A stretch of 63,609 bases of DNA, counting the filler, from Acidimicrobiia bacterium (GTDB taxonomy: Bacteria; Actinomycetota; Acidimicrobiia; Spongiisociales; SHLN01), in NCBI GenBank assembly GCA_041619515.1. It is 3 parts of 3 records of this genome, joined end to end, with 100 filler letters (N's around TTAATTAATTAA, not from the genome) between each part and the next. Parts side by side here need not be neighbours in the genome. Positions count along the whole stretch, not along the records: positions 25,291 to 49,314 come from JBFKDW010000044.1; positions 49,415 to 63,609 come from JBFKDW010000075.1; 1 more part is not named here. One strand, 5' to 3'. The notes under the pieces are model-generated. The model saw only the letters and a program-made list of their open reading frames with translations. It was not told the origin of the DNA and searched no databases. Positions 48,829 through 59,102 of the stretch are shown here, in pieces. How positions within the stretch are numbered: the stretch's first letter is position 1; every line of letters begins with the position of its first letter. The position numbers and the translations under genes are program-made.

Positions 48829-49314
48829 TCAGACACTTTGTGCCGTTCCATCCGAGGCGTGCAGGCGCCGCCACTCCAGGTAGCCGTCGGTGAACATGGA
48901 TATGTCACCGTCGAGCACTGCCTCCACATTTCCTATCTCGACGTTCGTCCGCAAATCCTTGACCATCTGGTAGGGAGCCAGCACATAGCTGCGGATCTGG
49001 TGGCCCCAGGCAGCCTCGTTCTGTTCACCGCGGATCTCCTCGAGACGGTCGGCATGCTGCTGGCGGGCAAGCTCGGCGAGCCGCGAGTTGAGCAGCTCCA
49101 TGGCCCGGGCTCGATTCTGGAGCTGGGAGCGCTCCGCCTGGCAGGTTACGACGATATTGGTCGGAAGATGGGTGATGCGCACTGCCGAATCGGTTGTGTT
49201 GACGTGCTGGCCGCCTGCACCCTGGGCTCGCATGACGTCGATCCGGAGATCGTCGGGGCTGATCTCGAAGGGCGCCTCTTCCACCTCGGGAATGACATCG
49301 ACTGCGGCGAACGA
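48829..49314 (-). CDS. prfB: peptide chain release factor 2, 3' part (5' end lost at contig break)
   Basis: [31 protein letters not shown]; synteny with ftsE. Confidence 0.92.
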   Translation of the reverse strand, partial: SFAAVDVIPEVEEAPFEISPDDLRIDVMRAQGAGGQHVNTTDSAVRITHLPTNIVVTCQAERSQLQNRARAMELLNSRLAELARQQHADRLEEIRGEQNEAAWGHQIRSYVLAPYQMVKDLRTNVEIGNVEAVLDGDISMFTDGYLEWRRLHASDGTAQSV

Positions 49315-49414
49315 NNNNNNNNNNNNNNNNNNNNNNNNNNNNNNNNNNNNNNNNNNNNTTAATTAATTAANNNNNNNNNNNNNNNNNNNNNNNNNNNNNN
49401 NNNNNNNNNNNNNN
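49315..49414. other. artificial contig linker / gap
   Basis: N runs flanking TTAATTAATTAA. Confidence 0.97.
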
Positions 49415-49415
49415 C

Positions 49416-49769
49416 TACGAAACCGGCGATGGATGGGAGGTGGTCGACTTCAAGTCGGGGCGCCCCCGGCCCGACCCGGCCAGAATCGTCCAACTGCAGG
49501 CATACGCGGTGGCAGTCGACGAGGGGATCCTCGGCACCGAACGTCCCGAGTCGCTCACCGTCACGTTCGCCTACTTCGGTGATGGCCTGGAGGAGGTGTC
49601 CGAGGTGGTTGACGAAGCCTGGCTGACCAAGGCGCGGGCCCGCATCGATGACATCCTCGAAGCAATCGACGGTGAGGAATTCGCTCCCATGCCCTCGGCC
49701 GCCTGCCACCACTGCGATTTCGTCAAGTTCTGCGAGGCCGGCCAGGCGTGGCTGGCCGACAACGGCTAG
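49416..49769 (+). CDS. C-terminal fragment of a PD-(D/E)xK (RecB/AddB-type) nuclease domain, 5' truncated
   Basis: VVDFKSG, QLQAYA, C-terminal CxxCxxxxxC. Confidence 0.8.
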   Translation, partial: YETGDGWEVVDFKSGRPRPDPARIVQLQAYAVAVDEGILGTERPESLTVTFAYFGDGLEEVSEVVDEAWLTKARARIDDILEAIDGEEFAPMPSAACHHCDFVKFCEAGQAWLADNG

Positions 49770-49832
49770 GCAGGCGTCCGCCGGGATACGAAAGAACCTG
49801 CCGTCGCCATCAGGCTCGATACTCTCCGGTTC

Positions 49833-50663
49833 ATGACCAACTCTGATCGCTGGGCATTCGACGACGTCATCGCGGCCGACCGGAAGGCAGCCATCCCGCC
49901 CCCCATCGAGGTGCCGCTGGGGCTGACGCTCACCCATCGATCTACCAATACGACCGGCGAGGTGGTTGCGTTCACCGAGAGACGGCGCATCGTGCTGAAA
50001 GATGCATCCGGGACCCACCACGAGTTCGCACCGATCGACGGGTTCTTCGACTACGAGGGAACCCGGGTGGCTTTGCGGGCGCCCACGACAACACCCGCCG
50101 GCCCCACCCGACGCACAGCCTCCGGGTCGATACAGGCACCGGCCGCGCCCGCCAGGGTGGCCCGGGCGAGCCGCATCTGGGTGGAGGGCATCCACGACGC
50201 GGAGCTGATCGAGAAGATCTGGGGGGATGACCTCAGGGAGGCGGCAATCGTCGTAGAGCCCCTCCACGGTGCCGACGATCTTGCCGCCGCCGTCGAACGG
50301 TTCGCGCCGGGACCGGGTCGACGCCTCGGAATCCTGCTCGATCACCTCATCGAGGGCTCAAAGGAGTCGCGCATCGCCCGCGAAATCGAGCATGACCACG
50401 TGCTCATCGCCGGACACCCGTACGTCGACATCTGGCAAGCGGTCAAGCCCGCCGCCGTCGGCATCACCCAATGGCCGGTGATTCCCCGCCACCAGCCGTG
50501 GAAAGCAGGCGTGGTCGCCGCCCTCGGACTCGAGGGGGACGCCGGTCGGTTCTGGCGAGACGTCCTTGGATCGGTTGGGTCGTACACGGACGTCGAAACA
50601 CCGCTCGTCAATGCGATGGAGCGCATCATCGATTTCGTCACCGACGAGCACGGCTCCCGCTAG
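49833..50663 (+). CDS. DUF3097 family protein
   Basis: RTASGS...ARASRIWVEGIHDAELIEKIWGDDL, GHPYVDIWQAVKP. Confidence 0.88.
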   Translation: MTNSDRWAFDDVIAADRKAAIPPPIEVPLGLTLTHRSTNTTGEVVAFTERRRIVLKDASGTHHEFAPIDGFFDYEGTRVALRAPTTTPAGPTRRTASGSIQAPAAPARVARASRIWVEGIHDAELIEKIWGDDLREAAIVVEPLHGADDLAAAVERFAPGPGRRLGILLDHLIEGSKESRIAREIEHDHVLIAGHPYVDIWQAVKPAAVGITQWPVIPRHQPWKAGVVAALGLEGDAGRFWRDVLGSVGSYTDVETPLVNAMERIIDFVTDEHGSR

Positions 50664-50673
50664 CGCCCACCGG

Positions 50674-51129
50674 CTATTGGATGCGGCCGGCCCTGGTCTC
50701 GACAACGATGGTCACCGGCCCGTCATTGACGAGATCGACCTCCATGTGAGCTCCGAACGTCCCGCTCTCCACCCCGACCCCGCGGGCGGCGATGTCCTCG
50801 GCCACCTGCCGTACCAGCGGATCCGCCAGCGCCGGCTCGGCCGCATGGACGAACGACGGTCGCCGCCCCTTTCTGATGTCGGCCAGCAACGTGAACTGGC
50901 TGATCAACAGGACTGCGCCGCCAACATCTGCCACCGACAGGTTCATCTTCCCCTCGCCGTCGGCGAAGATCCGCAGCCCGACCAGCTTGTCGGCCATCGT
51001 CCGGGCATCCGCCCGGCCGTCCTGGTCTCCGACTCCGACCAACACCGCCAACCCCGTGCCGATGGCGCCGACAACCTCTCCGCTCACTGCGACCGACGCC
51101 CGGGAAACTCGTTGCACGACGGCTCGCAT
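50674..51129 (-). CDS. dtd: D-aminoacyl-tRNA deacylase
   Basis: [19 protein letters not shown]. Confidence 0.96.
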   Translation of the reverse strand: MRAVVQRVSRASVAVSGEVVGAIGTGLAVLVGVGDQDGRADARTMADKLVGLRIFADGEGKMNLSVADVGGAVLLISQFTLLADIRKGRRPSFVHAAEPALADPLVRQVAEDIAARGVGVESGTFGAHMEVDLVNDGPVTIVVETRAGRIQ

Positions 51130-51998
51130 CAGTCGACCGGAACCTCTGATGCCGCACCAATGCGAGTGATCAGCGACACGAGCCCGGCACCGACCACAGC
51201 CAGCAGAAAAGGGGCTGCAAACTGATCGGCGGTCGGGCCCGACAGCTCTGGTCCCTGGATGCCGTTTGGCCATGGCCACAGGACCCGGAGCGAGCCGAGG
51301 AGAAGCCCGGTGATGGCGGCCATCACGAGATCGTGCCGGGTCTCGAGAGCCCAGTTCAGGGCCGACGAGAACAGGGCCAGGCCGATGACGGCACCGGCGG
51401 TGAAGACGAGCAAGATCAGGAAGTCGCGATCGGTGACGGCTCCGAGCACGGCCTCGTACATGCCGAGCGTGAGCAGCAGGAAGGAGCCCGATACTCCGGG
51501 GAGGATCATGGCGCAAATGGCCACTGCCCCTGCCAGAAAGAAGATCCAGGTAGCCGGGCTCTCGGCTTCACCCGAGCGCAGGCCGAGGATGAAGAAGGCG
51601 ACCACGGTCACCGTTGCGAACACCGCCAGGAGAACCGCGTCCCACCGGGACACCATCCTGGCGGCGACGAAAACTGATGCAGCCACCAGGCCGAAGAACA
51701 GCGCGGACATCTCTATGGGGTGGTCATCCAACAGCCGCTCGATGAGATGGGCGAGCGAGACCAGCGCAACTCCAATCCCCGCCAGCAGAGGGAGGAGGAA
51801 GCGCCACTCAACCGCCTGCAGCCGCACACCGGCGTCGCGAAATCGGAAGCGCACCACCGCCCCCAACACTCCGGCACCGGCCCGTATGTTGGCGATGAGC
51901 CGCGGGTATATGCCGACGATGAGGGCAACCGTGCCGCCGGAGACACCGGGCACGACATCGGCCGATCCCATCAGAAATCCACGTACAAAATTGACCAT
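51129..51998 (-). CDS. DUF368 family membrane protein
   Basis: [13 protein letters not shown] and [10 protein letters not shown] repeated motifs. Confidence 0.9.
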   Translation of the reverse strand: MVNFVRGFLMGSADVVPGVSGGTVALIVGIYPRLIANIRAGAGVLGAVVRFRFRDAGVRLQAVEWRFLLPLLAGIGVALVSLAHLIERLLDDHPIEMSALFFGLVAASVFVAARMVSRWDAVLLAVFATVTVVAFFILGLRSGEAESPATWIFFLAGAVAICAMILPGVSGSFLLLTLGMYEAVLGAVTDRDFLILLVFTAGAVIGLALFSSALNWALETRHDLVMAAITGLLLGSLRVLWPWPNGIQGPELSGPTADQFAAPFLLAVVGAGLVSLITRIGAASEVPVD

Positions 51999-52028
51999 CG
52001 GGCGATCAGCGTAGTTGGGGGCCTCGAG

Positions 52029-52193
52029 TCAGTTGCGGCGTCCCGACCTGCCCCGCCAGGTGAGAATGGCCTCAGCCACCCACTCGGCCGGGATGCGGTA
52101 GGTTCCGGCCGCGATCTGGCGTGCCAAATCCTGGATGCGATCGCGCCGGCTCATCGGCCGGGTGGCGTGCCGTTGCTGAGGTGGTCGGTCCAT
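52029..52193 (-). CDS. small FlgM-like (anti-sigma28 C-terminal motif) protein
   Basis: RIQDLARQIAAGTYRIPAEWVAEAIL resembles the FlgM C-terminal consensus. Confidence 0.6.
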   Translation of the reverse strand: MDRPPQQRHATRPMSRRDRIQDLARQIAAGTYRIPAEWVAEAILTWRGRSGRRN

Positions 52194-52345
52194 GCAGGTA
52201 TGATCGACCACTCTCTGTGGTGGTTTGAGTGCTATTGCCGAATAGCACGTTGTAGCTAGACAGTACCTTTCGGCAGGATCACCTACGTCTCGACGGGCAG
52301 TGTCACGGGCGGCAACCGATGCGCAGAGTGGCGGGCACGGGTCGG

Positions 52346-53437
52346 TCAGACGTTGAAGCGAAACAGGATGTGGTCGCCCTCCTGCACCAGGTAGTCCCTG
52401 CCTTCGAGGCGCCAGCGGCCGGCCTCTTTGGCGCCCTGCTCGCCCCCGAAGCGAATGAAGTCGTCATACCCGATGACCTCGGCCCGGATGAATCCCTTCT
52501 CGAAGTCGGTGTGGATGGACCCGGCAGCCTGCGCGGCGGTGGCGCCGTGTCGAAACGGCCAGGCACGCACCTGCTTCTCGCCCGAGGTGAAGAAGGTGTT
52601 GAGCCCGAGCAACTCGTAGCCGGCTCGGATCACGCGATGCAAGCCCGGCTCGGAGTGACCGAGTTCGGCGAGGAACTCGACGCGATCCTCCGGGTCGAGT
52701 GAGGCTATTTCGCCTTCCACGCCGGCACACACAACCACCACGGTGGAATGCTCGGCGGCGGCATGGTCCCGGACGAGGTCCACGTACTTGTTGCCGAGCG
52801 CACCGGATTCGTCGACGTTGGCAATGTACTCGACCGGCTTCATCGTGAGCAGGAACAGGTCGCGGACCACCACCAGATCCGGGCCGGAGAGACTGAGCGT
52901 GCGGGCGGGCTTCCCCTCGTCGAGGTGTGTGCGCAGGCGCTGAAGCACGCTGAGCGCCGATTGCGCCTCCTTGTCCCCCGACTTGGCCTTGCGCCCGAAG
53001 CGCTCCAGCGAGCGCTCGACGGTAGCCAGATCGGCATAGATCAGCTCGAGGGCGATCGTCTCGATGTCCCGGATAGGATCGATGCTGCCGTCGACGTGCA
53101 CGATGTCTTCGTCGTCGAAGCACCGGACGACGTGAACAATCGCGTCGGTCTCCCGGATGTGTGAAAGGAACTTGTTTCCGAGGCCCTCGCCCTGCGAGGC
53201 GCCTTCAACCAGGCCGGCAATGTCGACGAACTCGATGGCAGTGGGAACGATCTCCCGGGGCTGAACGATTTCGGCGATGGCCTGCAACCGCGAGTCGGGG
53301 ACCTGGGCGACGCCCAGGTTGGGCTCGATGGTCGTGAACGGGTAGTTCTCGGCGGCGATCCCGGCCTCGGTGAGCGCGTTGAACAGGGTCGACTTCCCGA
53401 CATTGGGTAGCCCGACGATGCCGCATTTGATTCCCAT
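52346..53437 (-). CDS. ychF: redox-regulated ATPase YchF
   Basis: [50 protein letters not shown]. Confidence 0.96.
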   Translation of the reverse strand: MGIKCGIVGLPNVGKSTLFNALTEAGIAAENYPFTTIEPNLGVAQVPDSRLQAIAEIVQPREIVPTAIEFVDIAGLVEGASQGEGLGNKFLSHIRETDAIVHVVRCFDDEDIVHVDGSIDPIRDIETIALELIYADLATVERSLERFGRKAKSGDKEAQSALSVLQRLRTHLDEGKPARTLSLSGPDLVVVRDLFLLTMKPVEYIANVDESGALGNKYVDLVRDHAAAEHSTVVVVCAGVEGEIASLDPEDRVEFLAELGHSEPGLHRVIRAGYELLGLNTFFTSGEKQVRAWPFRHGATAAQAAGSIHTDFEKGFIRAEVIGYDDFIRFGGEQGAKEAGRWRLEGRDYLVQEGDHILFRFNV

Positions 53438-53530
53438 GACACACTCGCAGCTCGGAGGGAGCGCCGAAACAGTAGCCCACCGAACCGGGCCGAGGGTGTG
53501 CTTTTTCGCCGGGATGCCGATAACGGAGCC

Positions 53531-54118
53531 ATGGAGGAATTCGAGGGCACGGTCCGCATGGCCGGCGATGCCGTTGCTTTGCCGGCGGTGCTGCTCGTTG
53601 CCGACGACCGGCTCAGGGTATCGACTCGCCGTCACGAGATCGGCCACTGGAGGCTGAGTGACGTGTCGGCCCGGGTGCTGGAGGACGCCTGCCACGTGTC
53701 GGTCGAGGGCGAAGAGCTCGTCGTGGTGGTGGCCGACCCGCTTCGATTTGCCGAAGCCATCGGGCCGCGGCTGAGCAACCCGGGAGACGGTTCGCTGCGC
53801 AGACACGCCGATCGCGCCGGGGCGGCACCGGTCGGCGGATTGTTGACCCAAGCTTCCAAGCTGGCGAGGCGCCTGCCGGGCACCGGTTGGGCACTCGCCG
53901 CCTCGACGGCCGCCGGAATCTCGCTGGCACTCTGGGCTCCGGCGATTCTGGTCGGGCTCGTGGTCCTCGGCGCCTTGGCCGGGCTCCTGATCGGCGGATT
54001 CGCCTTGCTGGACCCGTTCGTGGCAGTTCGGCTGCCCGACCCTGCTACACCGGCGTTACTGATACGTGCGGGCACCCTTGCTCTCGGAGTCGGACTCAGC
54101 CTGGCGATACTGATCTGA
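53531..54118 (+). CDS. hypothetical membrane protein
   Basis: soluble N-terminus plus C-terminal TM helices; GGAG before ATG. Confidence 0.7.
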   Translation: MEEFEGTVRMAGDAVALPAVLLVADDRLRVSTRRHEIGHWRLSDVSARVLEDACHVSVEGEELVVVVADPLRFAEAIGPRLSNPGDGSLRRHADRAGAAPVGGLLTQASKLARRLPGTGWALAASTAAGISLALWAPAILVGLVVLGALAGLLIGGFALLDPFVAVRLPDPATPALLIRAGTLALGVGLSLAILI

Positions 54119-54374
54119 GACTGCCAGCCAATGCATCCATGCGCACGCGAGGCTGCCGGACTGAGAACAGGGCTTGCCCGACCGGTTATCGACGACGTTT
54201 CTTCCCGCCGACCGGGCCTTCTCTCGACGAACGCCTCCCGAAGTAGGCAAAACGCGGGACCAACCTCTGGGAAAGGTCGTCGTGCTTCCAGGCAACGGTG
54301 CTCTCGAGCACGACGCCTCCTCATCCAGTGGCTCCGCTCCCGGACTCACCCGGAGGCAAATCAGTCCGGGTCCG

Positions 54375-54755
54375 TCAAGACTTCGGGCGGAATATGCGGG
54401 CGACTCGAGTCGATGTGTCGGACGACAATCGACGAGCGGCGGTCATCTTGTGGATGCGACGGATCTCGTGCAGGCAGAGCTGCCAGGCGACCATCCCCGC
54501 GACAAACGAGACGAGGAGAATCACCCACAGCGGCCATTCGAGGTCGAGCACCGACCACTCGAACTTGACGGTCTCGCCGTTCTGGATGATGAGCAGCGTC
54601 ATTGCCACGGTGACTGCGGCACCCACGATGAACCCGGTACGAAACGGATGCCGTTCGGCAGCCTGCTGCGCGTGGTCTTGGCTCCGCCCATGCCCCTCGT
54701 CTCCCTGCCCTTGGTGACGATCCCCGACCAGATCGAACCGATTTCGAGTGGCCAT
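54375..54755 (-). CDS. LapA/DUF1049-like small membrane protein
   Basis: LIIQNGETV.F.W....WPLWVILL pattern; GGAGG RBS. Confidence 0.7.
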   Translation of the reverse strand: MATRNRFDLVGDRHQGQGDEGHGRSQDHAQQAAERHPFRTGFIVGAAVTVAMTLLIIQNGETVKFEWSVLDLEWPLWVILLVSFVAGMVAWQLCLHEIRRIHKMTAARRLSSDTSTRVARIFRPKS

Positions 54756-54954
54756 TGGTCCTCCTTTTCCTCCTGTGTGATAACGCGGACCATCCACACG
54801 GTTGACGTTGCTGAGGGTCGTGATATCGCGCGTATTCCGGCCCCCGAGCGCCCCCGGCTCCGACGATCACCACGCCGGCAGGGACTGAGAACGCGGAGGA
54901 CACCATCGGTATCGACTGCTCGGTACGGGGCCCGTGCCAGAATCCACCTCGTTC

Positions 54955-56094
54955 ATGTCCCTTCCTACTCGACTCTCGTACGCCCTCCGCCCGGGGGCGC
55001 AACCCGGCTTCCTGGCGGCAGCGGCGGCGGTGGCGATCATGTTCGGCGCCACCCCCTTCCTGATCCCGGAGCTGTCCGATCATTTTGGGGTGTCGAAGGG
55101 CCTGGCAGGCGGGGTCTCGGTGGTCCAGGTGGGATCGTTCGCCGCCGCCAATGTGGTGCTGCCCCGCCTGGCTCAGCCGTCCGGATGGTTGCTGCTCAGG
55201 GCAGGCGCCGTGCTGGTGGCAGGCAACATGCTCAGCGTGTTTGCACCCAACTTCACCGTGCTGCTGATGTTTCGTGCTGCCGCAGGGATCGCGGCCGGCA
55301 CTATCACGTGGATCGCCTGGACCGACGCCATGCGGCACCCCCGGTCCCTCTCTTCGCTGGCGGCCGCCGGCCCGATCACGGCCCTGGTCAGCGCGCCGCT
55401 CCTGTCGCTCATCGCCGAGTTGGGCGACCGCGCCGTCTACCTGGCCCTCACGGTGGTGGCATTGCCGATCGTCATGCTGCGTGTCTCCACCGATGGGAAC
55501 GCGAGCCTCACGCGTACCGTCAGCAAGTCACGATCGAATCGGATACTGCTCGGAGCTTTGTTCATCCAGGTGTTTGCCGGATCGGCTCTCTTCATATACC
55601 TGGCGGTTGCGGCCGGTGAGGAGCTTGGGCTAACTCCGGTGGCTGCTTCCCTGGGATACAGTCTCAATGCACTCGGCGGCTTGATCGGTGCCCGCCTGTC
55701 CGGACGGCACCGTCGCCCCGGGTGGTGGCTGGCCACCTCCGGGGCGGCCGCATTCCTGACGGTGGGTGGCGGCGGAGCTTTCTGGTTCTTTGCCGGCCTG
55801 TTCTGGTGGGGTCTCGCCTTCTGGATGGGGATCCCCGGAGTGCTGCAGATGCTGGCAGAACGTTCGCTGGAGCCGGGCGAACGGGCCGGCGACGCCCAGG
55901 CGGTGATGGCCATCGGCCGGGCGCTCGGTCCGATCCTCGGCGGCGGTCTGACCGACGCCGGAGCCTTCCGCCAACTGGCCGTCATCTCCGGGGTCGGGAT
56001 GACGCTGTCGGGGCTCACCGTCACGGGAGTTCAGGAGGGACGGGAGCTGCTCCCTCCTTCAGATCCCGGATCGGCTCTGCAACCGGGCACATAG
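54955..56094 (+). CDS. MFS transporter
   Basis: about 12 hydrophobic segments, FRAAAG and GPILGG motifs. Confidence 0.82.
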   Translation: MSLPTRLSYALRPGAQPGFLAAAAAVAIMFGATPFLIPELSDHFGVSKGLAGGVSVVQVGSFAAANVVLPRLAQPSGWLLLRAGAVLVAGNMLSVFAPNFTVLLMFRAAAGIAAGTITWIAWTDAMRHPRSLSSLAAAGPITALVSAPLLSLIAELGDRAVYLALTVVALPIVMLRVSTDGNASLTRTVSKSRSNRILLGALFIQVFAGSALFIYLAVAAGEELGLTPVAASLGYSLNALGGLIGARLSGRHRRPGWWLATSGAAAFLTVGGGGAFWFFAGLFWWGLAFWMGIPGVLQMLAERSLEPGERAGDAQAVMAIGRALGPILGGGLTDAGAFRQLAVISGVGMTLSGLTVTGVQEGRELLPPSDPGSALQPGT

Positions 56095-56115
56095 TCGGGC
56101 TGTGAGGGCCCAACG

Positions 56116-56592
56116 TTATGCGGCATCGCCCAGGTAGACCGGCCTCATCACTGTGCGATCGGTGAGGTAGGCCTGGAGCGGCGCGACAAGCGCCCGGGGG
56201 AAGATGTTCACCTCAGGGAGCCGCCGGACCTCGACCCATTCGACTCCCACTTGGAACTCGTCGGCCTCGTGGGGGTCGGCTGCCGCTGCGCCCGCGAGAC
56301 TGGCCCGGAACATCAGCTCAACCGCGTGGAAGCCAGGCGGATCGATGTACCCGTAGTCGTGATGAGAAGCCACATAGTCCCGCACCCACAACAGCTCATG
56401 AGCCTTGACGGTGTAGCCGGTCTCCTCGCGAGTCTCCCGGGTGAGCGCATCGCCGGGCCCCTCCCCGGGACGCAATCCCCCACCCGGGAGTTGATAGAAA
56501 TCTCCAGCCCGGGGGTGGCGAAGGTGGATCAGGAGCAATCGGGTTTCCTCGGCGATGACCGCTTTGGCCGAGGGGCGGGGCGGGCGGGTCAC
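56116..56592 (-). CDS. NUDIX hydrolase
   Basis: Nudix box GGGLRPGE....ALTRETREETG; GTGA overlap with the rad50/sbcC stop. Confidence 0.9.
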   Translation of the reverse strand: MTRPPRPSAKAVIAEETRLLLIHLRHPRAGDFYQLPGGGLRPGEGPGDALTRETREETGYTVKAHELLWVRDYVASHHDYGYIDPPGFHAVELMFRASLAGAAAADPHEADEFQVGVEWVEVRRLPEVNIFPRALVAPLQAYLTDRTVMRPVYLGDAA

Positions 56593-59102
56593 GCCCTCAC
56601 CACGACGCTGTCGCCGGTGACCGGATCGGTGTCGAGCTCGATGAGGTCTTCGACCCGCTCTCGCAGCTGAGGCACGTGGCTCACGACCGCCACCAGCCGA
56701 TCGCCGCCGACCAGGGCTTCAATGCCTTCCATCGCCAGGTCGAGATGCTCCGGGTCGAGACTCCCGAAGCCTTCGTCCAGGAAGAACGCATCCAACCGGC
56801 CACCCGACCGGGTCACCATTTCGGCCAGGGCCAGCGCCAACGCCAGCGACGCCAGGAACGTCTCGCCGCCGGAGAGCGATTCAGCCTTTCGCTCCGACTC
56901 GGCCGCCGACAGGTCGACGACGTCGAAATCGCCATCGTGGGTGAAGCGATAGCGCCCCCGGGTCATCCGCTCGAAGTGATCGCTGCCGAGCTCGGCGAGG
57001 GCCCGGCGTTCCTCGTCGAGTATGAACTTCAAGAACCGGGAGGGCAGCAGATCCTCCGCCAGGGTCGTGTAGATCTCGAGGCGGGCCACGAGGTCGGCCG
57101 AGCCTGCCTCCAGCTCATCGAACTTCTCGAGGCGGGCTGCGAGCTGCTCGGCACGCTCGGCGAGCTTGCCGTGGTGGGCGGCCGCCCTCTGACGAGCATC
57201 GGCGATCGTCTCGGTCCCCTCCAAACCCAAGGAGGCGCCCAGCTCGGCCAGGGCCGCCGCCGCCTCTCCGACCCGCGCCTGGGCCGACGCCACCTCGTGG
57301 CCGGTCCTCGCCTGCGCCTCTTCCCACAGTTTCCGAAGGTCGGTGAGGGCGGCATCCAGTTCCACGACCTCCGCTCGCGGGCGCACATCACCGCCCAGCT
57401 GCCCCGCCAGCGTCGCCACGGTGGTCGCCAGCTGGACCAGCTCGGTGGTGAACCGCTCCTGCTTCGTGCGAAGCTCGTCGAGGGCCGTTCGGGCGGCAGC
57501 TTCTCTCCCCGCGCTGTCTTCGACAAACCCCGCCGCTTCGGCCAGGGCTCGTCGACGGGTGTCGATCTCGCCGACGGGATCATCGCCGGGAATCAGCTCG
57601 CCCAGCTCCACGTCCATGGCGGCGCGGACTTGCCGAGCCTCGGCCAGCTCCGCCTCTGCCTCGGCCGCCATCTTCCCGGCCATCTGCAGGGTGCCTTCGA
57701 TTGCCTCGATTTCCGCCCGGACGGCCGCCTCAGCCGCAGTCGCCGCGGTGTGTGCTTGCTGAGCCTCGTCCCGGGCAGAGCGGGCCGCACGCGCCTGCTT
57801 CTCTGCGGCATCGATCGCGGTCGTCTTCCCGACGGGCGGCAGTTTTTCGATCACCTGGGCACACACCGGACAGATACCGCCTTCGGCCAGCTCCTGGCGA
57901 AGGGTCACCGCCATCGAGTCGTGTTGCGCCTCGTGGAGGGCAGCGTCGGCTCGCTCGGATGCCTCGATGGCCTCGGCCAGACCCGCCTGCGCTGCCTGCG
58001 CCACCGCCTGCAGCTCTCCAGCCCGCTTTTCGGCAGCGCTGAGCTGGTCGGCGGCGGATCGGGCGCGGGCCGCAGCTTCCCCGGCTTGCCCGGCCAGAAT
58101 GGTGAGGCGAGCCTCGAGATCGGTGCGCCGGTCGATGATGGCGACGGCACGGGCGATGATTTCGGCGCCTCCGGTGGCCGCGATCACCTCATCCTGCCGG
58201 CGCCGGGCCGATTCCAGCGCCGCGGTCGCAGCGTCCAGCGCCTCCTGGGCCAGCCGCAGCTCGTCGGCGCCGGCCCCGGCTCGTTCGAGCAACTCGGCGC
58301 TTTGTTCGCGTGCGGGCAGCTGGGCGGCGATGTCGCCGAGCTCGCGCATGCGCCGATCGGCTCGTTCCATTTCTCCCGCCGCCGTGGCGCGAGAAGCTTC
58401 GAGCTCGGCAGCCTTTGCGCTGCTGGCGTCCAGCCGTGCCAGCCGATCGGCAGCCTCCGCCAGGGCCGGGGTGGTGTCCTTCAGGCGCGTCCGGTCTGCT
58501 TCGACGTCGCTTCGCAGCCGCTCTAGGTCGGCGAGCTGGCCCCGGAGGTCGTCTCGCGTCGCCTTCGCCACCTCCGCCATGCGGTCGAGCCGCTCGAATC
58601 CGAACACGCCTTTCAGGACGGCGTCGCGCTGGGCGGCCGTCGCCTGAAGGAACTCGGCAAAGCGATTCTGTGCCAAGAAGACGGATCGATTGAACGCGTC
58701 GAAGTCGAGTCCGAGCAGTTCTTCGATCCGTGCCGTCATCGCCCGCTCCCCCGACACCTCCTCGAGCCGCTCGGTTTCGCCGTCGGCCTCTGCGTGCCGG
58801 TAGAGGTTGTGAGCGCTCTGTCCCTTGCGGCGCAGCGCCCGCACCGCCCGCCACGTCTCACCCTCGACCTCGAACCACAGCTCGACGTGAGCCGAGGCGC
58901 CTCGCTGATTGATGAGGTCTTTGGTTCCCCGCCCGGCCCGCGGCGTCTTGCCGTAGAGGGCGAACGCGATTCCGTCCAGCAGCGAGGACTTGCCCGAGCC
59001 GATCGGGCCCACCACCCCCAACAATCGCCGGTCACGAAAGTCGAACGTCTGCTCGGCGGCGTAGGACTGGAAGCCGCGCAGGGTGAGCTCAAGCGGGCGC
59101 AT
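56589..59102 (-). CDS. sbcC: SbcC/Rad50 SMC-family ATPase
   Basis: GPIGSGKSS, zinc hook CPVC, LSGGETF, FFLDEGFGSLD, coiled coils. Confidence 0.93.
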   Translation of the reverse strand: MRPLELTLRGFQSYAAEQTFDFRDRRLLGVVGPIGSGKSSLLDGIAFALYGKTPRAGRGTKDLINQRGASAHVELWFEVEGETWRAVRALRRKGQSAHNLYRHAEADGETERLEEVSGERAMTARIEELLGLDFDAFNRSVFLAQNRFAEFLQATAAQRDAVLKGVFGFERLDRMAEVAKATRDDLRGQLADLERLRSDVEADRTRLKDTTPALAEAADRLARLDASSAKAAELEASRATAAGEMERADRRMRELGDIAAQLPAREQSAELLERAGAGADELRLAQEALDAATAALESARRRQDEVIAATGGAEIIARAVAIIDRRTDLEARLTILAGQAGEAAARARSAADQLSAAEKRAGELQAVAQAAQAGLAEAIEASERADAALHEAQHDSMAVTLRQELAEGGICPVCAQVIEKLPPVGKTTAIDAAEKQARAARSARDEAQQAHTAATAAEAAVRAEIEAIEGTLQMAGKMAAEAEAELAEARQVRAAMDVELGELIPGDDPVGEIDTRRRALAEAAGFVEDSAGREAAARTALDELRTKQERFTTELVQLATTVATLAGQLGGDVRPRAEVVELDAALTDLRKLWEEAQARTGHEVASAQARVGEAAAALAELGASLGLEGTETIADARQRAAAHHGKLAERAEQLAARLEKFDELEAGSADLVARLEIYTTLAEDLLPSRFLKFILDEERRALAELGSDHFERMTRGRYRFTHDGDFDVVDLSAAESERKAESLSGGETFLASLALALALAEMVTRSGGRLDAFFLDEGFGSLDPEHLDLAMEGIEALVGGDRLVAVVSHVPQLRERVEDLIELDTDPVTGDSVVVRA

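Noticed and set aside
48829..49314. prfB pseudogene or programmed frameshift
   Set aside because: The truncation coincides with the contig break, and the region where a frameshift would lie is not in the window.
49416..49769. Cas4 or defence nuclease
   Set aside because: Only a truncated C-terminal PD-(D/E)xK/Cys-cluster fragment is visible; it fits equally well the tail of an AddAB/AdnAB-type helicase-nuclease.
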